DNA of 64,000 nt from Planctomycetota bacterium (lineage in GTDB: Bacteria; Planctomycetota; UBA8742; UBA2392), in the NCBI GenBank assembly GCA_025993795.1, contig JAMQHL010000006.1, forward strand, positions 17,397 through 81,396, read 5' to 3'. Below the pieces are notes generated by a model that saw only the letters and a list, made by a program, of their open reading frames with translations, was not told the origin of the DNA and did not search any database. The position numbers and the translations under genes are program-made. Of the stretch, positions 47,639 to 56,394 are shown one piece after another (position 1 is the stretch's first letter; each line of letters starts with the position of its first letter).

Positions 47639-50221
47639 ATGCTGCTACGCATTGTGCGTGCGTCTTTCGCTATCGCGTTCGCTTTCGTGTTGAGCCTCAG
47701 CTACAGCCAGCTTGGCCCGGTGCACCACACCGTGGCCGCGCAGGACGCTGTCGGCACCGTCAAGGACGGCATTCGCGAGTACAAGCGCGGAAACTGGGAA
47801 AAGGCAATCCGTGAGTTCGACAAGGCGCTCGCGGGCCGCCCCACCGACGAAGAAGCGCGCAAGATTCGCGACGAGGTGGGCCTTGAGCTCGCCCGCGACT
47901 TCATCGACGCCAACTTCAAGGACGCCAGCCTGACCGGGCGCTACAGCCGTTTCGGCAAGTGGTTGCTGGCCGGCCGCGCGCAGACCGACCCGCAGGGTCG
48001 CAGCAACGACGCCGAGGCGATCAAGCAGTATGTGGACGCGTACATGAGCGACCGCGACGTCGCCCGCAAGCTGCTGCGCGGACAAAGCATTCGCGACAGC
48101 TACGGCGACTTCATTGTTCCGTACCTGCAGGCACGCTACATGCACAACGAAAGCGCTGACTCGCGCTATGAGGCGCGCACGCTGCTGCGTACCGTTGGCG
48201 CGCAGGCCGTCAATGCGCTGGTCCAGGTGATGTACAGCGCCGAGAAGTACGATCGCCAGACCGCCGCGCTGGCACTGGGAGACATCGGCGACGCTCGCGC
48301 GCTGCCGGTGCTTGCCAAGCACTTCCAGGCCAAGGAAGAAGACACCGAAGTGCGCGAAGCATGCCGCGCAGCCATTGAGTGGATTCGCGCCGCATCGCCC
48401 GAGAAAGACACCAAGGTCAACGACGCCAAGGACCTGTATTTCCTGCAGGCCGAAGGCTACTACCGCAACAACGCCGCCGGACGCTTCTGGCGTAACCGCC
48501 TTGTCGGCAGCACCTACCAGGGCAACCTGCCCGTCGCGCTGTACAGCCACGACCGCCGCTACACGGCCTGGAAGTGGATCCCCGGCAAGGAACTCGCCGG
48601 CGAAGGCGACAGTATGCTGACCCCGCAGGACGTGCCGCTGTGGGCATTCGCAGACGTCGTCGCCGAAGAAGCCGCACTGGAAGCCATTGACCTTGGCATC
48701 AAGTACGCCGGCGGAGACGCCAACAACAACAACTGGGTGCGCGACGCAGAAGCGCTGCTCGCCTGCATTCACATGCACATGTACACCGAGGGTCGTGGCC
48801 GCTACTTCCTGGGCGACGACACCGAGCGCGCGTTCATCACCGAGTTGCTTGGCGAGCGCGGCTTTGTGCCCAACCTGCACGGCTTCGGCCTCAGCGCGTC
48901 AGCAGGCAGCGCGGTGCTTTACCGCGCCCTTGAGCGCAGCCTGGCCGACGGTTACCCGCATGTGGCCATCGCGCTGTGCGACGCCATCGCCGACCTGAAC
49001 GACAAGGCCGCCATCGGCACCAGTGCCGCAGCACCGCTGGTACGTGCACTGGCCGACCCGGACAAGAACATCCGCTATGCAGCAGCGCGCAGCCTGATCC
49101 GCCTTGGCGCCGAGAAGGACTTCGGCAACAACGCACTGGTTGAAGCCGAAGCACGCAAGAACCTGCAGGAAGTCGCGGCCCGCACCGTGCTGGTGATCAT
49201 GGAAGACGAGGCGCTGCGCAACCGCTTTCTGTCAGAGCTGACCAGCCTTGGCTACGCCGCAGTCGGCGCGCGCACGCTGGAAGAAGGCGCGGACCTTGCA
49301 ACCCAGGGCACGCCCTGGGACGCGATCATCCTTGAGGGCAACCTCGCGATGGGCGCGGTGTTCGTGTTCGAAATGCCCAACATCGCCGGTGCAGCCAATC
49401 GCGCCGAAAAAGCCGAGCCGATTTACCACCTGCTGGCCAACGACATTCGCACGCAGGGTGTGCCGGTGCTGGTTGCGGTACCAGAGTCAGAGCTCGACAG
49501 TCGCAAGGGCGACCTTGCGGCTCTTAATCTGGATGACACCCGCTACGTGACTTACAAAGCGGAAGCCGAGTATACCGTCAACACCAGCGGGCTGGGCCAG
49601 TCCCTCGACGCCGCCTGGGGTGCCGACGAAAACGTCGAGGCCGCCAAGGGCAAGACCAACGACACTGTGGTCGCAATGGCCTGGGCGATCTCGCTGCTCA
49701 ACCCGGCGACCACCAAGTTCAACGTGCAGAGCCTGCTTGAGGCACTGTCGGGAGGCTTGCGACTGGACGGCCGCTCATGGGCTGCCCGCGAAGCGATCTG
49801 CAAGGCAATCGAAGTGCTGGTCGCCGACGGCAAGCGAACCGGCGCTGCCTGGGTACGTGCCAACCTGGTACCCAACCTGCTCGACACCGTGAACAGCACC
49901 GAAGCAGTGGACCGCCCGCGCGTGAAGGCCAGCGCGGCCCGCGCACTCGGCGCCACCTACGGCACGCACCGCGGCGCCTGGGACGAGGACGGATTCAACG
50001 GCCTCAAGGGCCTCGTGCGGCTTGAGTACAACCTGGCCGAGACGGACGACGAGGCGCAGCGCACCAAGTTGATTCTGGAAGTGTTCGACGCACGCAACGC
50101 AGCCGGAGAAGCACTTGGCCGCTCGCCGACCACGGCCCAGCAGCGCTCGACCATCAAGCGCGAGCAGGCAGTCAACCCGCATACCCCACACCCGCCGACA
50201 CGTACTGCAAGCGGTGGATAG
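47639..50221 (+). CDS. Exported HEAT-repeat protein with an embedded receiver-like domain
   Basis: AAGGAG RBS; signal peptide; TPR, HEAT repeats (AALALGDIGDARALPVL; LADPDKNIRYAAARSL) and a REC-like segment TVLVIMEDEALR...DAIILEG. Confidence 0.8.
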   Translation: MLLRIVRASFAIAFAFVLSLSYSQLGPVHHTVAAQDAVGTVKDGIREYKRGNWEKAIREFDKALAGRPTDEEARKIRDEVGLELARDFIDANFKDASLTGRYSRFGKWLLAGRAQTDPQGRSNDAEAIKQYVDAYMSDRDVARKLLRGQSIRDSYGDFIVPYLQARYMHNESADSRYEARTLLRTVGAQAVNALVQVMYSAEKYDRQTAALALGDIGDARALPVLAKHFQAKEEDTEVREACRAAIEWIRAASPEKDTKVNDAKDLYFLQAEGYYRNNAAGRFWRNRLVGSTYQGNLPVALYSHDRRYTAWKWIPGKELAGEGDSMLTPQDVPLWAFADVVAEEAALEAIDLGIKYAGGDANNNNWVRDAEALLACIHMHMYTEGRGRYFLGDDTERAFITELLGERGFVPNLHGFGLSASAGSAVLYRALERSLADGYPHVAIALCDAIADLNDKAAIGTSAAAPLVRALADPDKNIRYAAARSLIRLGAEKDFGNNALVEAEARKNLQEVAARTVLVIMEDEALRNRFLSELTSLGYAAVGARTLEEGADLATQGTPWDAIILEGNLAMGAVFVFEMPNIAGAANRAEKAEPIYHLLANDIRTQGVPVLVAVPESELDSRKGDLAALNLDDTRYVTYKAEAEYTVNTSGLGQSLDAAWGADENVEAAKGKTNDTVVAMAWAISLLNPATTKFNVQSLLEALSGGLRLDGRSWAAREAICKAIEVLVADGKRTGAAWVRANLVPNLLDTVNSTEAVDRPRVKASAARALGATYGTHRGAWDEDGFNGLKGLVRLEYNLAETDDEAQRTKLILEVFDARNAAGEALGRSPTTAQQRSTIKREQAVNPHTPHPPTRTASGG

Positions 50222-50244
50222 TCTTTGCCTTGCCTCACCCAGAA

Positions 50245-50277
50245 ACGGGCGCCCCATGGGGCGCCCGCTTTCGTTTT
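50245..50277 (+). terminator. Intrinsic terminator
   Basis: CGGGCGCCCC-AT-GGGGCGCCCG palindrome followed by CTTTCGTTTT. Confidence 0.75.
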
Positions 50278-50416
50278 CCGGGCTTGAGTATGTTCATGGT
50301 GGGTCTGCAGTGATGCGTCGGCATTTGCGATCGACGTTCTGCGATTGCAGCCGTCGGTGAACTCCGTGGCTGCTGTGCGCGACTTGCCTTGCGCTGCATA
50401 CTAACAGCGAGCTTGC

Positions 50417-51988
50417 TCAGACCACTTCGCGGCGCCGCTTGGATTCCAGTACTTCAGCTGGCGGCAGCTCGACCGTAAAGCGCGCGCCGCCCAGCGTTAC
50501 GCCATCCTCGACGCGGATGCTGCCGCCGTGGTTGTCGATGATTGTGTGCACGATCGCCAAACCAAGGCCGGTGCCCTTGCCAGGTTCTTTCGTGGTGAAG
50601 AACGGGTCGAAGATGCGCTCGCGCATGTCTTCGGGCACGCCGGTGCCGCTGTCCTCAATGCTGAAAAACACGCCGCGCTTCTCGGACGGCCCGATCGTTA
50701 CGCGCACAGCACCGCCGTCGGGGCTGGCATCTGATGCGTTGATCAGCAGGTTCATCAGAACCTGGCCGATCTCTTCTTCGTTGCCGAAAAGCGGCGGCAG
50801 GTCCTGGCGAATGTCTTCCTCAAGCCGGATCTCCTTCTGATCCAAACGGTGCTTGACCAGCGGCAGCGCGCGCCGAAACGCCGACTCGGCGTCGAAGCGC
50901 TCGGGCTTCATGTCGCGGCGGCGCGAGAAGTCGAGAATCTGCTTCATCAGGTGCTCAATGCGCTGCAGGCCTTCCTCGATTAATCCAAGGTAGTCGCTGC
51001 TTCGCTCATCAAGCCCCTCGCGCTTGCGCAGGCGCCGCGCAGCATTCAGCATGCCGCTGAGCGGGTTGTTCACTTCATGGGCCAAGCCGGCGGCAAGTGT
51101 GCCAGTGGCGGCCAGCCGCTGCGCGATCACGAGGCTCTGCTGTTGTTTCTGGATGGTGCGAGTGGCGTCTTTCACCTTGCCCTCAAGGTCGCCCTGGTAG
51201 GCCTTGAGTTCAGTGAACATCGCGTTGAAGGCGGTCACCAGCGTTTCGATGTCGCCGCCGCCGCCCTTGAAGCCTTTGATCTCAAGGCCTTCAACACCCT
51301 TCACGATGCGCTTGCTGTCTTCCAGCACGTTGCCAAGCGGCGCCAGCACAAATCGCCGCAGCGCGAACATCAACAGCACGAAGACTGCCAGCATCGCCAG
51401 GCCCAGCGTCGTGAACGCGGCAACCACCAGCGGCCCCAGCTCGGCGCTTTGCACCTTGGGCGGCTCTTCAAAGCGGATCGGCGGAAGTTTCACTTTCAGG
51501 CGCAGCACGTATTGCAGCGTTTCGCGCTTCGGGTCCGGCTGGTATGGGTGAAACAGCACGTCGCCAAGCAGCTCATGGCGCCGGGTTTCGAAGACGCGCT
51601 TGATGACCACCACTTCCTCGGCAGTCGGCTCGGCCATGCTGCCCTGCGGCTTGATCACGGTCATGCGCGGGTTGCCGCGTTCGTCCAGTTCAATGATCGC
51701 GGTTTCATCAATGCCGTTCAGGTCATCGCGCAGGCCGTTGGCGATCTCGGTGGCGGGGCTGCGCAGCAGCGGCTCAAGCTGCGCAATCACGATCCGTTCA
51801 ACGGCGCGTTCAGTCTGCGCCTGGTAACTGCGGCTGAGCTCTTCGAATATGCGTTTGTTCTCGACGGTCTGCTTCTCAGCGGTCTGGTCGAGGGTGCGGC
51901 TGGCCTCATAGGTTAGATACCCAAGCATCAGGCCAAGAAAGACCGTGGCCAGCAGAACACCCAGTGCGAGTTTGAGCCGAAGCGACAT
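50417..51988 (-). CDS. Membrane sensor histidine kinase (NtrB/NtrY-like)
   Basis: Two TM helices, HAMP-like linker, LAHEVNNPL, NLLINA, EDSGTG, FDPFFTTK and GTGLGL. Confidence 0.95.
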   Translation of the reverse strand: MSLRLKLALGVLLATVFLGLMLGYLTYEASRTLDQTAEKQTVENKRIFEELSRSYQAQTERAVERIVIAQLEPLLRSPATEIANGLRDDLNGIDETAIIELDERGNPRMTVIKPQGSMAEPTAEEVVVIKRVFETRRHELLGDVLFHPYQPDPKRETLQYVLRLKVKLPPIRFEEPPKVQSAELGPLVVAAFTTLGLAMLAVFVLLMFALRRFVLAPLGNVLEDSKRIVKGVEGLEIKGFKGGGGDIETLVTAFNAMFTELKAYQGDLEGKVKDATRTIQKQQQSLVIAQRLAATGTLAAGLAHEVNNPLSGMLNAARRLRKREGLDERSSDYLGLIEEGLQRIEHLMKQILDFSRRRDMKPERFDAESAFRRALPLVKHRLDQKEIRLEEDIRQDLPPLFGNEEEIGQVLMNLLINASDASPDGGAVRVTIGPSEKRGVFFSIEDSGTGVPEDMRERIFDPFFTTKEPGKGTGLGLAIVHTIIDNHGGSIRVEDGVTLGGARFTVELPPAEVLESKRRREVV

Positions 51989-52097
51989 TGCAGCGCATGG
52001 TAGCGCATGCCGGCGTTGTCGGCGAGGTCGTGACCCTGCATCGGCAACTGGTAATCCGCGCAGAAGGGTGCACTATCTAGGCGGAGACCGCGAATTC

Positions 52098-53021
52098 ATG
52101 ACCACATTGCAGGGCACGGTAGTACGCCTTCACGGGCATCACGCCTGGGTAAAAGTCGGCGAGGTCGAGTACATGTGCCCCGTGCGCGGCAAGTTCAAGC
52201 AGGGCAAGCGCAAGCAGCGCAGCCCGATCGCCGTCGGCGATGATGTCTCGTTCAGTCTCGTACAGGCCGGCGATCAGCCTGAAGGCCAGATCAGCGTGAT
52301 TGGTGAGCGCCGCACTGAGCTGTACCGGTCGCACCCGCGCTTTCCGCGCCAGCGCCAGGTACTGGCCGCGAACATTGACCTGCTGGTGATCGTCATAGGC
52401 GCTGAGCGAATCGATGAGCAGTTGCTTACCGTTGATCGCCTGCTGATCAGTGCCTACAGCCAGGGCCTGACGCCGATGATCGTCGTGAACAAGATGGACT
52501 TGCGCCTGCCGGCGGAAGTACAGGCCGAGATGGCTGCGTACTCGCACTGTGAACTGTTCTACACCAGCGCCGAAACCGGGGCATTGGGCGAGCTGCCGGG
52601 GCGCTTCCACGGCAAGACCAGCGTGTTCGCCGGCCAGAGCGGCGTGGGCAAGAGCAGCCTGATGAACACCCTGCAACCGGGCCTGGGGTTGCGTGTCGGC
52701 GTGGTTGACCGCGAGGGCGAAGGCAAGCACACCACGACGCACGCCAGCCTGCTGCCGATGGCGGGCGGCCACGTGATCGACACGCCCGGCGTGCGCGACT
52801 TCGGGTTCTGGAACCTCGAGCTGCACGAAATCTCGCTGTACTACCCGGACTGGAAGGGGGCGCGCGAGCAATGCAAGTTCGCCACCTGCACGCACCGGCA
52901 CGAGCCTCACTGCGGCGTGAAAGCCGCCGTGGAGAGCCACGAGCTGGAACAGGGGCGCTACCAGCGCTACCTGACGATTCTGCGCGAAACCTGGAACCAG
53001 CAAGAAAGCACCGGCTACTGA
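52098..53021 (+). CDS. rsgA: Ribosome small subunit-dependent GTPase A
   Basis: OB fold AVGDDV, NKMDL, GQSGVGKSS, GKHTTT, DTPG and Zn finger CKFATCTHRHEPHC. Confidence 0.96.
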   Translation: MTTLQGTVVRLHGHHAWVKVGEVEYMCPVRGKFKQGKRKQRSPIAVGDDVSFSLVQAGDQPEGQISVIGERRTELYRSHPRFPRQRQVLAANIDLLVIVIGAERIDEQLLTVDRLLISAYSQGLTPMIVVNKMDLRLPAEVQAEMAAYSHCELFYTSAETGALGELPGRFHGKTSVFAGQSGVGKSSLMNTLQPGLGLRVGVVDREGEGKHTTTHASLLPMAGGHVIDTPGVRDFGFWNLELHEISLYYPDWKGAREQCKFATCTHRHEPHCGVKAAVESHELEQGRYQRYLTILRETWNQQESTGY

Positions 53022-53227
53022 GCAGGAGCGCAGGTGTCTCGCTCGCAATGCCACGGCCGTCCCGACCGCGGCCAAGCCGCACGCCGTAGCCCGCGGCCCG
53101 TGCAGCCAGACGCTTGGCTCCCACGATGAAGCCGCTGTGCATTTTAGTCACGTTTTTTTGCAAACATGATACATGGATGCATACTACGCTAAACAGACGG
53201 AGCATATCGGCAAGAACAGGAGGGCTT

Positions 53228-55081
53228 ATGCGGAACTGGCTTGTGGGCATCGGGTTTGCCGCGGCGGTACTTGTGATGTCGCTTGGTTCGTCGCAAGTCC
53301 CGCTAGCGCTGGCACAGGCCGCGCCGGATGCGCCGCCAGGCGCTCTGCCCCCTGACGCAAGCTACATGTTGGCCGACGACAAGTTGGTCAAGGCGAGGTA
53401 CGCCGAGAATTACGCCAGCGACTCCGACGACATAAAAAAGGGCCGGTTTTACGATGCGGGCTGGACGCTCAACACCGCTGGCGAGGCAGTGCCGGGCGAG
53501 TGGCGCATGCGCGTCACGCACATCAAGTTCGACTACAAAGACAACGTGACCAAGGCGGGAAGCACCGACTACTCCGAAGGCTTTACGTTGATGAAGGGTC
53601 CCAACGACCCACTCAGTCACGTTAAACCTCCGGAGAACAAAACAAAAGGCGAGTGGGTGTACAGACACATCCTGAACGAGCCCGCAGCCGGCCGCAGCGA
53701 ACCCGCGCTTTACGTGGCCTCACGGCAGGTGAAGATCAAGGCGCGCATCGAGTGCGCCAAAAGGATTCACGCCGCGGAAATAGGCGCCAAGGAGATTCGC
53801 TGGAACAACGCCGATGGCTCACCCGTCGACCGCAACTGGCTGGATTTGGAGCGGCAGGATGGGAAGGGAAAGAAGACGATGGTGTACTTCGCCCCAGTCA
53901 CCGCCGGAGATGACACGCTGTTCGTTTCAAGGGGGGATGATGGCTCAGAATATGTCGAGTTCACACTCATGGGCGCAACGAAGGACAGCATTGATCGCAG
54001 CGACATCGTTTGGCAGTGGTACGCCAACAACATGATGACGGACGGAATGTCACCGCCAAAGAACGCGGCCGCCCTCTGGGGCGCTGGCACGGAAGGCTGG
54101 CAGATCAACAAATCCGGGCGGTACGAAGACATCATGATGGATGAGTTGCCCGTGGAAGTAGTCAAGCCGCACCACTTCTACACAGTGCTCGATGTGCCCA
54201 AGGCCCCGTGGAATGAACTGGATGTCTTGGGCAGCCATCAGTACCCGTGGGTAACGGCACTGGACTTCGCCATCGTGGATCGCATCAAACTGCGGGGAAC
54301 GCAGACGCTTGCCAAGGCGGCGGAGGCAATCGCCACCTACGCCTACCAACGTGGAACCTACGACCATGAGCTGGGCAGGTTCTGGTTCCTTGACAACTAC
54401 GACCACGGACTGGCCGGCATGTTCCGTCCAAATCTTCACCTCGACTTTTTGCTCAGTGTCTACATTTCGGGAGGCAGCAAGGTGAACTGCCACGATCAGG
54501 CCATGGCCTTGGCAACGTTTGCCTCACTAATGGGCGGCGCGGCGAGATACATGGTAATGGAGCCGTTTGGATACGTTAAGCCTGCAAACTTTTGCGGCGG
54601 CATCAATGCAGGCGACAATTGCAACAACCCGTTTCATGAAATGAGCGGCGACTTCATGGAAATTGTCAATGCGCCACTTGTTGACAACGCCGACACGATG
54701 TGGCGGTTGGACACGTTTGGCAAGCGAAAGAGAAGCCAGTTTGCGAATCACGGGTGGATGGATGTCGAAGGCAACATCTACGACGCAACCGCCGGGGACG
54801 TTCGCTTCAGCTCGGGCGGCGCTGTATTGGAGGACAGCGATCCTCGCATTTTCGCCAATCTCGTAGAGTACATGGCAAAGGTGATCGACCTGTCTGTCAC
54901 GGAAACGGCGGCATGGGAAGATAACCTGGAGGTTGCCGCTCGCGCGAACTTCGATCCGAACACCAACACCTGGACCCTGGTTGGACCCGCTTTAAAAGAC
55001 CCAAATGGCAACAAGCCTGACCCCAAGTATAAGAACGGCGACGCGGCCCAAGTCGCCGCCAAGCCCTTTACTCTGAGGTAG
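53228..55081 (+). CDS. Secreted protein with a C-terminal transglutaminase/papain-like Cys-His-Asp domain
   Basis: Signal peptide; KVNCHDQAMAL (Cys), FANHGW (His), NIYDAT (Asp). Confidence 0.6.
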   Translation: MRNWLVGIGFAAAVLVMSLGSSQVPLALAQAAPDAPPGALPPDASYMLADDKLVKARYAENYASDSDDIKKGRFYDAGWTLNTAGEAVPGEWRMRVTHIKFDYKDNVTKAGSTDYSEGFTLMKGPNDPLSHVKPPENKTKGEWVYRHILNEPAAGRSEPALYVASRQVKIKARIECAKRIHAAEIGAKEIRWNNADGSPVDRNWLDLERQDGKGKKTMVYFAPVTAGDDTLFVSRGDDGSEYVEFTLMGATKDSIDRSDIVWQWYANNMMTDGMSPPKNAAALWGAGTEGWQINKSGRYEDIMMDELPVEVVKPHHFYTVLDVPKAPWNELDVLGSHQYPWVTALDFAIVDRIKLRGTQTLAKAAEAIATYAYQRGTYDHELGRFWFLDNYDHGLAGMFRPNLHLDFLLSVYISGGSKVNCHDQAMALATFASLMGGAARYMVMEPFGYVKPANFCGGINAGDNCNNPFHEMSGDFMEIVNAPLVDNADTMWRLDTFGKRKRSQFANHGWMDVEGNIYDATAGDVRFSSGGAVLEDSDPRIFANLVEYMAKVIDLSVTETAAWEDNLEVAARANFDPNTNTWTLVGPALKDPNGNKPDPKYKNGDAAQVAAKPFTLR

Positions 55082-55083
55082 GA

Positions 55084-56334
55084 GTGCACGCGAATACCCA
55101 AACTCGATTGAAGCGGTGGCAGCCCCTGCTGGTGGCGGCTGTGTCTCTGTTTGTGCTGGCTGCTGCGCTGGCGTTGGGACTCTATTGGCAGCCCGGACCG
55201 CCGACAGGCGCCGACGGGGGCGTGGCAAGGACCGACGAGCGCAACGCCCGTGGTCCGACCCACGCGGCGAACTGGGCAAACGTTCCCTCAGCAAACGATC
55301 CAGCCGAAGTGCCACCGGGCAACAATGAGCCCGAACCGCCACCCCCTGACGATCCCGCACCAGCCGACAGCGAACATTTCGTGCTTCGCGACGGCGGGCC
55401 GCTACCCGAGATGATGGAATGGGAACTCACCAAGACTGATTATGAAGCCATCCTTGCAGACCCGAACGCTTCGGCCGAAGCCAAGAAAGAAGCCGGCCTG
55501 CGCCACCGCCTGAAGTTCTACGAGTGGCCGGGCCGGAACAAGTCCATCCTCGCTGGATTCGAGTTCAAACAGCAGGATTACCCTGAGTTGCGCGACTTCG
55601 AAGCCGCCGATGGTCGCATTTACGTGAAGTTTTACCGCGATCCGGAAGGGCCACCACTGGTGTACATGAGACAGCGCTTTGTTCTGACACGGCCCGGTCT
55701 CGAAATACAAGTCAACATATCAGTGTTCAGCTCGCGAGCGTGGGCGCAACGCGACTTTCTGGGATCGATTCTAGACGCTTTCGGTGGTGGCCGCATTTCA
55801 GAAGCGCGCGTCGGGGACGTGTGGTCTCACAACCCACATACCAATGCCAGCAGCACCGCGTTTGTTCGCCACAATATCTCAGTTCGTCTGGATGCGACGC
55901 TTCTCGAGGACGGGTTCGAACTGCTTGACACCGCAAGCCTTGCTGAGCGCATCGACCGCAAGATCCGCGCCGACGCGGTGCCCGGCCGGACCTGGGAAGA
56001 TATCGCCGCCCACAGGCCAAAGATCGAACGCTTCCGGTTGAATGGCACCGAACTGGTCGCGGCTGAAGGCCTGAACGCCGTGCAAGTCGAGTTCACCGCC
56101 GTGCCGCCCGAGGGCCAGACACTCAAGGCCGCGATTGAATGCGAAAACCCGGTCAAGGGAAGCCACATCCGACTTGACGCCAACACATGGGTGTGGGCCG
56201 AAACGAAGGATCCGTATGCCGTCACCAAAGAGCAGTCCGGGCGCGTCTGGGCCATAGCCTACCTGCCGAACCTGCTGTTCACCGTCGCCGAGACCAGCAT
56301 AGTCGTCAAACCCAAACCACCAGCTAACGATTAG
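55084..56334 (+). CDS. Membrane-anchored hypothetical protein, coupled to the upstream gene
   Basis: GTG 2 nt after the upstream TAG; N-terminal TM helix and Pro-rich linker. Confidence 0.7.
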   Translation: MHANTQTRLKRWQPLLVAAVSLFVLAAALALGLYWQPGPPTGADGGVARTDERNARGPTHAANWANVPSANDPAEVPPGNNEPEPPPPDDPAPADSEHFVLRDGGPLPEMMEWELTKTDYEAILADPNASAEAKKEAGLRHRLKFYEWPGRNKSILAGFEFKQQDYPELRDFEAADGRIYVKFYRDPEGPPLVYMRQRFVLTRPGLEIQVNISVFSSRAWAQRDFLGSILDAFGGGRISEARVGDVWSHNPHTNASSTAFVRHNISVRLDATLLEDGFELLDTASLAERIDRKIRADAVPGRTWEDIAAHRPKIERFRLNGTELVAAEGLNAVQVEFTAVPPEGQTLKAAIECENPVKGSHIRLDANTWVWAETKDPYAVTKEQSGRVWAIAYLPNLLFTVAETSIVVKPKPPAND

Positions 56335-56394
56335 CGCGTGAGCGCAGACGTGCCGCCTGCCCCATTGGGGCCTGCGCTGCCCGTCGCATCTGAA

